Shown here: positions 46,105 through 55,782 of the stretch, one piece after another | Layout of the letters: every line of letters starts with the position of its first letter | Numbering within the stretch: position 1 is the stretch's first letter | Assembly: GCA_963815115.1 (NCBI GenBank) | Contig: CAWFFN010000009.1 | Span: 640,001 to 704,000 of the forward strand | Source: an uncultured delta proteobacterium | GTDB taxonomy: Bacteria > Desulfobacterota > Binatia > DP-6 | Length of the DNA stretch: 64,000 bases | Direction: 5' to 3' | Notes under the pieces: model-generated | Database searches by the model: none | What the model saw: only the letters and a program-made list of their open reading frames with translations | What the model was told of the DNA's origin: nothing | Position numbers and translations under genes: made by a program

Positions 46105-46688
46105 TGTGGCGGTGGTTGACATGCTGGCGGCTGCGAGGCCGCCTGGTCGATCTCGCCTCGGGCGCTCTGCCTGCCGCCGAGCGAACGCCTGTCGAGCTGC
46201 ACGTGGCCGGCTGCGCCCGGTGCCGTGACGCGCTCGCGGCGCTGCTCGAGGTGCCGGCCGCGCTCGGGTCGGAAGACCCGCCGGCGCTCGGCGAGGAGTT
46301 CTGGCAGGACCAGCGTCGGGCGATCATGCGGACCGTCCGCGATCTCCCGCCACCGGCCCGCGCCAGGCGGTGGTGGCTCCCGCTGGATCGGATCCCGAGG
46401 GTGGGGCGGCGGCCGTGGGTCACCTGGGCGCCCGCACTCGTGGCGGCGACGGCCGTTCTCGCGGTGGTGACGCTGCGAACCGAGATGCCATGGCGCGTTC
46501 CCGCAACTCCGCAGCAGGTCGACCGCCTGGACGATCCCGCGCTCCTCTCCCTGTCCGACCTGGCGGGAGACTCCGTCACCGATCCCGGCCTGGGCGTCGA
46601 CGTGGTGTCGAATGATCAGCCGCTGCCCGAGCTGTCGGACGAGGAGCTCGATGCCCTGTCCCAGCTGGTCGGCGGGCACGGGAGGTAG
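46104..46688 (+). CDS. Membrane-anchored zinc anti-sigma factor (zf-HC2/ZAS)
   Basis: TGATG coupling to the sigma gene; HVAGCARC (HxxxCxxC); single TM; short acidic periplasmic tail (LPELSDEELDAL). Confidence 0.88.
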   Translation: MWRWLTCWRLRGRLVDLASGALPAAERTPVELHVAGCARCRDALAALLEVPAALGSEDPPALGEEFWQDQRRAIMRTVRDLPPPARARRWWLPLDRIPRVGRRPWVTWAPALVAATAVLAVVTLRTEMPWRVPATPQQVDRLDDPALLSLSDLAGDSVTDPGLGVDVVSNDQPLPELSDEELDALSQLVGGHGR

Positions 46689-46700
46689 TCCCTGCGGGTC

Positions 46701-47195
46701 GTGGCGGCGAGGCTCGGGTTGGCGCTGGCGCTGCTGGCCGCGGCGACGGTGCGGGCCGCGTCCCCCGCGCCGGCCCAGGATCGTGCCCGGACCTATCTCA
46801 TGATGCGGCTGGTCGATGCCCTCGACCTGCCCGACGACAAGGCACTCGCCCTGCGCGCCATCTTCCGCAAGGCCGACGAGCGCCGCGTGGAGCTGATCGC
46901 GAAGCGGCAGTCGATCGACAAGCAGCTGCGCGCGGCCCTGTCCCGTCCCGACAAGGATCAGGCCGAGCTGACGAAGCTCGTCGCGGAGGCCACCTCCGTC
47001 GATCGTGACCTCGCTTCGGTGGCGGAGGACAGCTTCCGGGAGGCGCAGCAGGGCCTCAGCGTGGAGCAGCAGGCGAAGCTGGTGCTGCTGCGGCGCGAGC
47101 TGCAGGGACAGGTGCGCGACGCCGTCCGCCACCGGCTGGGACAGCGGGGCGGCAAGCCGCCCGAGCACGAGGCGGGCACGAAGCCCCGCCGCTGA
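46701..47195 (+). CDS. Periplasmic all-helical Spy/CpxP/ZraP/CnrX-like protein
   Basis: Signal peptide; LVDALDLPDDK...; C-terminal LSVEQQAKL (LTxxQ-like motif). Confidence 0.7.
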   Translation: MAARLGLALALLAAATVRAASPAPAQDRARTYLMMRLVDALDLPDDKALALRAIFRKADERRVELIAKRQSIDKQLRAALSRPDKDQAELTKLVAEATSVDRDLASVAEDSFREAQQGLSVEQQAKLVLLRRELQGQVRDAVRHRLGQRGGKPPEHEAGTKPRR

Positions 47196-47205
47196 GTCGC
47201 CGGGC

Positions 47206-47802
47206 GTGGCCCGCGCCGCGCAGAGCGTGCGCTGCTTCGTTGCCGTCGACCTGTCCGACGAGGTGAGAACGGCGCTCGACGCCGTGCAGCGCCGCTTGCG
47301 GTCCAGCGCGCCGCGGGCGGATGTGCGCTGGGTAGCCTCCGCGGGAATGCATCTCACCCTCAAGTTCCTCGGCCAGGTCCCCGAGGCAGGGCTCGCCGGG
47401 ATCCACAGCGCGCTCGCCGACGCCGTCACGCTCGCCACGGCGATCCCGCTCGCGTGCCGGGGCCTCGGGGCGTTCCCCGGTCTCGCCCGCCCGCGCGTCC
47501 TCTGGGCCGGGCTGACGGGCGGCGTGAGCGAGCTCGGCCGGCTCGCCATCGCGTGTGAGCGCGTCTTCGAGCCCCTCGGATTCGCGCCCGAGGAGCGTCC
47601 GTTCCGCGGCCACGTGACGCTCGCCCGAGTGCGCTCGCCGCGAGGGTTCGGTCCGATCGCCCGTGCCGTCGAGGCAGCCACCGATCTGGACTTCGGCGCC
47701 TGGACGGCCACCGAGGTCGTCCTCTATCGCAGCCATCTGCGGCCGACCGGATCCGTCTACGAGGCGCTCGAGCGGGTGCCGCTCGCCCCGATCGTGGCCT
47801 GA
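47206..47802 (+). CDS. thpR: RNA 2',3'-cyclic phosphodiesterase (2H family)
   Basis: RCFVAVD, HLTLKFLG, FRGHVTLAR, YRSHLRPTGSVY. Confidence 0.9.
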   Translation: MARAAQSVRCFVAVDLSDEVRTALDAVQRRLRSSAPRADVRWVASAGMHLTLKFLGQVPEAGLAGIHSALADAVTLATAIPLACRGLGAFPGLARPRVLWAGLTGGVSELGRLAIACERVFEPLGFAPEERPFRGHVTLARVRSPRGFGPIARAVEAATDLDFGAWTATEVVLYRSHLRPTGSVYEALERVPLAPIVA

Positions 47803-47904
47803 ACGTGCTCCGAGGAAAGGCAGCGGTGCGGCTGGAGACGCGTCGGAGAGGGGAGTAGAGTACGCACATCGTGGACGGCACCCGGGTGCGGGGGAGGACG
47901 TGAC

Positions 47905-48992
<1,088 letters not shown>

Positions 48993-48996
<4 letters not shown>

Positions 48997-49463
48997 GTCC
49001 GCGGCGCCGCACGAAGAAGTCCGGGGTTCGGCCGCGGCCCGATCCGACGCCGCTCGACGTCGCGTCGCGCCTTCTCGCGCGAACCAGCCTCACGGAGGCG
49101 GCGCTGCGCGACCGCCTCGAGCGCAGGGGCTACCAGCCCGAGACGGCGGCACGTGCGGTCGCGCGCTGTCGGAAGCTCGGGTACGTCAGCGACGAGCGCC
49201 TGGCGTTCGACCGGGCTCGCGTGCTCCGCGTGCGCGGAGCGGGAAGCCTCAAGATCGCCGACGATCTCCGCGGGCGCGGGCTCGCGGAGGCGCTGATCGT
49301 CGCTGCCGTCGAGGCGTCGCTGGAGGGGGAGTCCGAGGTGTCGTGGGCGCGGCGCGTGCTGGAACGCGCGGGCGAGCCGCGGGGTGCACGGGCCTGGCGA
49401 CTGCTCGCGTCGCGTGGCTTCGGCGAGGAGCTCATCGCGGAGCTCCTCGGCGACCCGGGCTGA
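48993..49463 (+). CDS. recX: Regulatory protein RecX (start uncertain)
   Basis: RLLART...[10 protein letters not shown]...GYVSDER...[10 protein letters not shown]...RLLASRGF; follows recA. Confidence 0.85.
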
Positions 49464-49486
49464 CGCCGTCGCACCACCCGTGCCGT

Positions 49487-52400
49487 TCAGAACTGCCAGC
49501 TGACCGCGACCCTCGGGTCCGGCGTGTACGAGCAGAAATAGCCGGTTCGCACCGACGCGCTGAGGTGCTGTCCGAGCGCGGGACTTCCGGCGGAGATCTT
49601 CTTCACGACCGCGCCGATGGTCCGGCTCACATTGACGCGCGCCCGCTCGGCGGCCGAGGCTGCTTTGCGGCTTCGCCCACCGAGGCCCACGGCGCGCGCC
49701 AGCTCCTCGGTGAGGAAGTCGATCTCGTGCTCGGCACGGGCGGCGCGCTCGATGTCGTTGAAGCGCTGCGCCTCTTCCAGCGTCTCGCGCAGGTCTGCCA
49801 GGCGGCGCTTGTAGGCCACGCGCGCGGCCGGATCGAGGATCTCGCCGGCGTCGCCGGCCGGCGCCCGGGCGCCCGGTCCTCCCGCCTCCTGGCCGCTCGT
49901 GAGATCGAGGACGTGGAATTCCTGGCCCGGGTGGCGCAGCAGGGTGTGCAGGAACGCGAGCCCCTTGGTGTCGTTCAGCTGGAAGCGCTCGGCGCCGTAG
50001 CCGACCTGCCAGCAGTCGCTGTCGCGGGCGAGCACTGCCTCCACGGATCTCCCGGCCGGCGGAGCCGGGCGGGCAGGCTCCTTGCCCATGCCCGCGGGCG
50101 GCTCTGCCAGCTTGGAGCGCAAGCGGGTCATGCCGCACGCCTCGGCCGTCTCCCGCGCCGCGCCGAGGAGCATTCTCGCTCTCTCGCGATCTCCCGGCTC
50201 GTCGCGCGCGAGCAGGAGCCGCGCATACTCGTGCTGGGACCTGGCGAGCGCGGCCTGTGCCCCGATGCGCGCGTTGGTCACCAGGGCGGCCTCGTGATGC
50301 CCGACCGCGCGCCGCATGTCTCCCAGCGTCTCCGCGAGGAGCGCGAGGTAGCGATGTGCCGACCCGAGGCATCCGGGCGAGTACACCGAGACGACGAGGT
50401 TGCGCTCGGCGAAGGGCTCGAGCAGACGGTACACCGTGCGCGCGGAGGGGGCATCAGCGAGCGCGGCGGCGGCCTGCGCGAGCCACGCGAGCGAGACCGG
50501 ATAGAGGAAGTCACGCCGGACGGCGGCGAAATCGTCGGGCGCCAGCGCATCGACCAGGGCGCGCGTCTCCCCGAGCCGCCCGGCATCGGCGAGCACCACG
50601 GCGAGCACGCAGCGCCACGCGGGAACCGCGGGGAAGTCGGCAATCAGGTGGCGGATGGACGCTTCCAGGCTGGCGGCATCCCCGGTCTCGATGCGGCACA
50701 GGAACGCCTGGACGGTGAACACGTGGAGGGCGCCGGGATCGCTCGCGTCGCGCCGGATGGCGAGGGCTTCGGCGGCGAGGCGGGCACCGTCGTCGAAACG
50801 GCCGGCGAGGATCGCCAGAGAGGCGCGATGGACCGTCGCGTGCCACACCCACTCGGACAGATGGGTGCGCTCGGCGTCGTGTCGCATGCGCTCGATCTCC
50901 TCGCCGGCCTCCGTCATGCGGCCCAGCTCCAGGAGGGCGAGGGTGCGCGACAGCCGGCTCAGATGGATCGCCTCCTCGAAGCCCACGGTCTCGGCGGCGG
51001 TGCGGGATTCGTCGGCGAGGGCCAGCCGCTCCGACGGGGTCCCGGGACCGACGAGGAGGAGCTGGCGGCTCAAGAGGGCCGTGGCGAGCGCGACGGGATC
51101 CTGTCCCCGGCGCGCGAGATCGAGCGCCTCGACGGCGGTCGCGAGGCAGCGCTCGCGCTCGGGCGAGAAGTAGAGCGCCTGCGCCAGGAGTGCGAGGAGC
51201 AATGCGCGCGGGGATCCCCGGACGTCGCCCAGCGCGGTCAGCGCGGTCTCCAGCAGCGAGACCGACACCGGGTCGGGGGCGCCCGAGAGCGGGCTCGCCT
51301 GCGCGAAGCGCATCACCGCGACGGCGAAGGTCATCTGATCCCCGAGCGCGCGGGCGCGGCGGGCGGCCTCCTCGAAGGCCTGGCGGGCGCGCAGGTTGCG
51401 GCCGGCGCGCCAGGCGACGTCGCCGAGGCCGAGCCACACCTGGAGGCGCCGGCGCTCGTCGGGCGCTTGCAGGGCGAGTGCCGCCAGCGCCCGCTCGTAG
51501 TGCGCCATCGCATCGTCGTAGGCGCCCACCGTCGCCGCCTGCTCCGCCGCGCGCACGGCGTACTCCACGGCCTTCGCCGCCATGCCGAGCGGCGCAGCAC
51601 GGCAGTGGTGACGCGCCAGCTCGGTGAGCGGTGGGTCGGAGTCGGCACCGCGGAGCGCCTCGAGCGCCACGGCGACGCGCTGGTGCAGCCGCGCGCGCGC
51701 GGCGGGAAGCAGCTCGCCGTACAGCGTTTCACGCACCAGCGCGTGCGCGAAGCGGAAGCGTCCCGCCGACGGGCCCTCCTCGGCGAGGCCCGCGGAGGTG
51801 GCGGCGGCGAGGCGGCCGAGCACCTCCTCGGGTGCAAGGCCCGTGGCTTCTCGGAGCAGGAGCGTGTCGAACTCGCGACCGACGACCGCTGCGAGCTCGA
51901 GCAGCTCCCGATCCTCCGGCGCCAGCGGCTCGAGCCGCCGGCGCAGCGTGGCACGGACGCTCTCCGGAAGCGGCAGGGACTCGGGCAGCATCGCTTCGTC
52001 GTCGAGATGACCCTCGCCGCGGGCGACGCGCAGCACCTCGTCGAGGAAGAACGGGTTGCCGTCGGTCAGCTCGTGGAGCCTCGAGACCAGGGAGGGCGGC
52101 GGGGGCGCCGCGGTGACGCGCGTGACGAGGACCTCCACCGCCGCGCGATCGAGACCGCGCAGCTTGATGCGCTCGCCGGCTTGCACGGCGTCCGTCAGGG
52201 CGCGCGGGGCTCGGCGCGGCTCGTCCTCACGACACGTGGCGACGAGCAGGAGCCGCGCGCCCCGGAGCTCGCGGACCACGAAGGCGAGCAGCGTGAGCGA
52301 CGCCTCGTCCGCCCAGTGCAGATCCTCGAGCACGACGAGGAGCGGCGCCCGTCGCGTGGCTCGCCGCAGGAACCCGGCCACCGCGTCGAGTACGCGGAAG

Positions 52401-52807
52401 CGCGCCTGCACGTCGCTGCCGTCGAGCGCGGCGGGAGCGATCTCGGGCAGCCGCGTCCGCACGCCGGGTACGAGGTGCGCGAGCACGGGCCCGTCGTCGG
52501 CCAGCTGCTCGCGCAGCGCCTCGACCTCGGCGGCGGCGGCGTACTCGTCGATGGCGCGAGCCCAGGGCCAGTAGCTGGGCGCGCCGATCTGCTCGGGCGC
52601 ACGTCCCCAGACGACCCGGCCGTCCGGCAGACCTGCGCGACCGATGAACTCCTCGGCGGTCCTGGTCTTTCCGATTCCCGCTTCGCCCAGCAGCACGAGG
52701 AAGCGGGGCCGTCCCGAGCTCGCGTCTCGAAGCCGCGCCTCCAGGAGCTCCAGCTCGCGCTCGCGGCCGACGAACCCGGGCTCGCTGGCGTGGCGCGGTT
52801 CGATCAT
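49487..52807 (-). CDS. Large AAA_16/STAND-type ATPase regulator with TPR-like repeats and putative C-terminal DNA-binding domain
   Basis: FVGRERELE, GEAGIGKT (Walker A), LEDLHWAD, TDGNPFF, FAHALVRE; C-terminal ERARVNVSRTI...VRTGYFCSY. Confidence 0.85.
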   Translation of the reverse strand: MIEPRHASEPGFVGRERELELLEARLRDASSGRPRFLVLLGEAGIGKTRTAEEFIGRAGLPDGRVVWGRAPEQIGAPSYWPWARAIDEYAAAAEVEALREQLADDGPVLAHLVPGVRTRLPEIAPAALDGSDVQARFRVLDAVAGFLRRATRRAPLLVVLEDLHWADEASLTLLAFVVRELRGARLLLVATCREDEPRRAPRALTDAVQAGERIKLRGLDRAAVEVLVTRVTAAPPPPSLVSRLHELTDGNPFFLDEVLRVARGEGHLDDEAMLPESLPLPESVRATLRRRLEPLAPEDRELLELAAVVGREFDTLLLREATGLAPEEVLGRLAAATSAGLAEEGPSAGRFRFAHALVRETLYGELLPAARARLHQRVAVALEALRGADSDPPLTELARHHCRAAPLGMAAKAVEYAVRAAEQAATVGAYDDAMAHYERALAALALQAPDERRRLQVWLGLGDVAWRAGRNLRARQAFEEAARRARALGDQMTFAVAVMRFAQASPLSGAPDPVSVSLLETALTALGDVRGSPRALLLALLAQALYFSPERERCLATAVEALDLARRGQDPVALATALLSRQLLLVGPGTPSERLALADESRTAAETVGFEEAIHLSRLSRTLALLELGRMTEAGEEIERMRHDAERTHLSEWVWHATVHRASLAILAGRFDDGARLAAEALAIRRDASDPGALHVFTVQAFLCRIETGDAASLEASIRHLIADFPAVPAWRCVLAVVLADAGRLGETRALVDALAPDDFAAVRRDFLYPVSLAWLAQAAAALADAPSARTVYRLLEPFAERNLVVSVYSPGCLGSAHRYLALLAETLGDMRRAVGHHEAALVTNARIGAQAALARSQHEYARLLLARDEPGDRERARMLLGAARETAEACGMTRLRSKLAEPPAGMGKEPARPAPPAGRSVEAVLARDSDCWQVGYGAERFQLNDTKGLAFLHTLLRHPGQEFHVLDLTSGQEAGGPGARAPAGDAGEILDPAARVAYKRRLADLRETLEEAQRFNDIERAARAEHEIDFLTEELARAVGLGGRSRKAASAAERARVNVSRTIGAVVKKISAGSPALGQHLSASVRTGYFCSYTPDPRVAVSWQF

Positions 52808-52845
52808 GCCCCCGGTGTCCGTACGCCAAAGCCGGGAACGACCGC

Positions 52846-52874
52846 AACCGGGACCGGCCGGCTCCGGTCCCGGT
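52846..52874. terminator. Hairpin between H-NOX and ATPase genes
   Basis: ACCGGGACCGG-CCGGCT-CCGGTCCCGGT inverted repeat; no U tract. Confidence 0.35.
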
Positions 52875-52882
52875 CCGAGCGG

Positions 52883-53437
52883 TCAGGCCGGCAGGCGGCG
52901 GCGCGCGGTGCGGCGACGCGAGGACTTGAGCGTGAAGCGTGCGGAGCAGCCATCGGCGGCGTCGCCGAGATCCTGCCGGCGAATCGCGATGCGCTCCCCG
53001 AAATGGGCGACGCAGCCCTGGATCATGCCCTCGGCGAGGTCGGCCAGCGGACGTCGCGAGTGGTACACCAGCTCGAGGCGGTCCGCCGCCGGCGCGCTGA
53101 CCTCGAAGCGCGGGAACTCCGCGTCGGGGTAGAGCTTCTGCACCTCGCCGTGCACGTAGGTCTCGATGCCCCGGAGCAGGTCGAGCGCGGACTCGACGCC
53201 GTCCAGGAACACCGGGTAGAGGGTCGCGAAGGTCCGGAACAGATGGGCCCCGAAGCGGCGCAGGAGGTCCGGCATCGCAACGCTCGCCGCATCGCTCGTG
53301 CGCGCGACGAGCGCGAAGAGCTCGTCATCGGGATAGCCCAGGACGGGGCTGTAAGAGCGGGTCTCCAGCCCGTCGGCAGCGCTGCCGAGCTCGCGCTGAG
53401 CGAACTCGACGAAAGCGGCGAGGATGACGCCCTTCAT
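52883..53437 (-). CDS. H-NOX (HNOB) heme NO-binding protein
   Basis: MKGVI start; proximal His in VHGEVQKLYPDAEFPRF; YxSxR motif YHSRR; GMIQG. Confidence 0.88.
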   Translation of the reverse strand: MKGVILAAFVEFAQRELGSAADGLETRSYSPVLGYPDDELFALVARTSDAASVAMPDLLRRFGAHLFRTFATLYPVFLDGVESALDLLRGIETYVHGEVQKLYPDAEFPRFEVSAPAADRLELVYHSRRPLADLAEGMIQGCVAHFGERIAIRRQDLGDAADGCSARFTLKSSRRRTARRRLPA

Positions 53438-53560
53438 GCGTGAGTCCCTGTCACCTGACCGATGCCGGCTCCGCCGTCAAACCGAAGCCCATCCCTGCAT
53501 CAGGGGCGTTCCAACGACCTGGAACATTGTTCGATCACGCCCGATGCCGCGCTTAGGCCG

Positions 53561-53929
53561 TCAGCCGCCCTTCTCTCGCATGGACACCTCGTCCCACAGG
53601 AGCACGAGATGCCCGTCCGGGTCGTGCAGCTCGGCGCCGTAGCCCCAGAAGCGCTTTGCCGGCGGAGACACGAACGCGACGCCCGCTGCCGCCAGCCTGC
53701 GGTGCAGGTCCTCGACGTCCGCCACCTGGAAGGTGAGGACGACCCCGTCGGCGGCGACGTCGCCAGCGATCTCATCGAGGAAGATGGTGAAGCCCGCGTC
53801 GTCCTGCAGGGCAGCCGTCCGCCGCCCGGGCACCTCGAACTCCAGCGTCATCCCGAGACGACCGATGTACCACCGGCGCGCCGCGTCGAGGTCGCGGACG
53901 CGGATCGTCAGATGATCGAGCTTCACCAT
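53561..53929 (-). CDS. VOC/glyoxalase family protein
   Basis: LDHLTIRVRDLDAARRWY, FQVADVE, WGYGAELHDPDGH. Confidence 0.88.
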   Translation of the reverse strand: MVKLDHLTIRVRDLDAARRWYIGRLGMTLEFEVPGRRTAALQDDAGFTIFLDEIAGDVAADGVVLTFQVADVEDLHRRLAAAGVAFVSPPAKRFWGYGAELHDPDGHLVLLWDEVSMREKGG

Positions 53930-54025
53930 CCACGCAGCTCCTCTGGGTGTGTCCCGAAGTCGCCTCGGCGCCGGCGCGGCAGCCTAGCACGGGTCGCGGG
54001 GTCTCCTGTAGAGTCCGGACGCCGT

Positions 54026-54919
54026 ATGGCCCAGCCCGTGATCATCGAGGTTGCGCTCAACGGAGCCACCTCCAAGCAGCAGAACCCGCGCGTCCCGCGC
54101 TCGCCGGCCGAGATCGCGGAGGACGGCCGGCGCTGCCTCGCTGCCGGCGCGGCCATCGTGCACACCCACATCGACGAGTTCGCCAGCGATCCGGCGCGCG
54201 CCGCGGATCGCTACGAGGCGGGATGGCGGCCGATCCTCGAGACGCATCGAAACGCGCTCCTCTACCCGACGATCGGCTTCGGCGACACCTTCGCCGAGCG
54301 GTACGCCCACCACGAGCTGCTCGCCGATCGTAGGCTGCTGCGCATCGGTCTCCTCGATCCCGGATCGGTCAACCTCGGCGCCGCCGGCGACGACGGACTC
54401 CCCGGCCCGGTCGAGTTCACCTACGTCAACACCTATGCCGACGTCCGGCACGCCGTCGAGGTCTGCGCGCGCCGTCGGCTCGGTCCCAGCATCTCGATCT
54501 TCGAGCCGGGATTCCTGCGTACGACGCTGGTCTACCATCGCGCCGGCCGGCTGCCTCCCGGCGCCCTCGTCAAGCTCTACTTCGGCGGCGAGTCGAGCTA
54601 CCTCGGCGGAAAAGGCGGCGTGACCTTCGGCCTGCCGCCCACGCGGCCGAGCCTGGAAGCGTACCTCGCGATGCTCGAGGGATGCGACCTGCCGTGGGCG
54701 GTCGCGGTTCTCGGCGGCGACGTCGTCGCGTGCGGTCTGGCACGTCTCGCGCTCGAGCGCGGCGGGCACCTGCGCGTCGGTCTCGAGGACCACGCCGGTG
54801 CGCGCCGTCCCGGCAACGAGGAGCTGGTCCGCGAAGCGGCCGAGCTGGCGGCGGCGGTCGGGCGCCCGGTGGCGACCTGCGACGCCGCGGCGCAGATGCT
54901 CGGGCTTCCCGATCGCTGA
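54026..54919 (+). CDS. Beta-keto acid cleavage enzyme family (BKACE/DUF849)
   Basis: VIIEVALNG...PRVPRSPAEI...AGAAIVHTH, GSVN, GGHLRVGLED. Confidence 0.88.
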   Translation: MAQPVIIEVALNGATSKQQNPRVPRSPAEIAEDGRRCLAAGAAIVHTHIDEFASDPARAADRYEAGWRPILETHRNALLYPTIGFGDTFAERYAHHELLADRRLLRIGLLDPGSVNLGAAGDDGLPGPVEFTYVNTYADVRHAVEVCARRRLGPSISIFEPGFLRTTLVYHRAGRLPPGALVKLYFGGESSYLGGKGGVTFGLPPTRPSLEAYLAMLEGCDLPWAVAVLGGDVVACGLARLALERGGHLRVGLEDHAGARRPGNEELVREAAELAAAVGRPVATCDAAAQMLGLPDR

Positions 54920-54966
54920 GCCTGCGGCGGTCGACCGTCGGCCCCGGTTGGGGGTAGAGAGACGGC

Positions 54967-55782
54967 ATGAATTCGCTCCAGGCTCACCTCGACCGCATTG
55001 CCAGCGATGGCTACACGATCCTCGAGCGCGTGATCGAGCCCGAGCTGATCGCGGCGCTGTCGCAGGATCTCCTCCGCCTCGAGGAGGAGCTCGAGGCGCG
55101 GCCGGCGGCCAACCGCTTCGAGGGCACGCGGACGGTCCGCGTCTACAACCTGCTCGTGCACGGCAAGCTCTACGAGCAGATCCCCGTGCACCCGGCCGTG
55201 CTGCCGGTCGTCGAGGGCGTGCTCGATCCCGGCTGCCTGGTGTCTTCCCTGTCGTCGATCAGCATCGACCCCGAGGAGCGCGCGCAGCCGATCCACGCCG
55301 ACGATCAGCTCCTGCCGCTGCCGAAGCCGCACGTCGCGACCGTGTGCAACACGATGTGGGCCCTCACCGACTTCACCGAGGCGAACGGCGCCACGCGTGT
55401 CATCCCGGGGTCGCACCTCCGTGACCACTCCCCGGTGTTCGGGACGCACTACGACAGCGTCCCCGCCGAGATGTCGCGCGGCAGCGTGCTCGTGTGGCAC
55501 GGCAGCCTGTGGCACGGCGGGGGCGCGAACCGGACGGGTCAGCGCCGGGTGGGCATCGCGATGAACTACTGCGCGGGCTGGATCCGGCAGCAGGAGAACC
55601 AGCAGCTCGGCATCGCGCGCGAGATCGCGCGCGGCTTCTCGCCGCGGCTGCGCGGGCTGGTGGGCTACGGCGTCTACAATGGCCTGGTCGGCCACATCGA
55701 CAAGCGCAGTCCGACGTTCCTGCTCGACGAGGGCGCGAACGGTGACGGGATGATCTGGGACCAGGACGTCGGTGGGGGGTGA
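54967..55782 (+). CDS. PhyH-family Fe(II)/2-oxoglutarate dioxygenase
   Basis: QPIHADD (HxD), ALTDFTEANGATRVIPGSH, LWHGGGAN. Confidence 0.9.
   Translation: MNSLQAHLDRIASDGYTILERVIEPELIAALSQDLLRLEEELEARPAANRFEGTRTVRVYNLLVHGKLYEQIPVHPAVLPVVEGVLDPGCLVSSLSSISIDPEERAQPIHADDQLLPLPKPHVATVCNTMWALTDFTEANGATRVIPGSHLRDHSPVFGTHYDSVPAEMSRGSVLVWHGSLWHGGGANRTGQRRVGIAMNYCAGWIRQQENQQLGIAREIARGFSPRLRGLVGYGVYNGLVGHIDKRSPTFLLDEGANGDGMIWDQDVGGG

Noticed and set aside
49487-52807. STAND ATPases (also 62149-64000) as Avs-type anti-phage systems
   Set aside because: Architectures match AAA_16 transcriptional regulators; no nuclease, TIR, SIR2 or other effector domain recognised and no defence-island context
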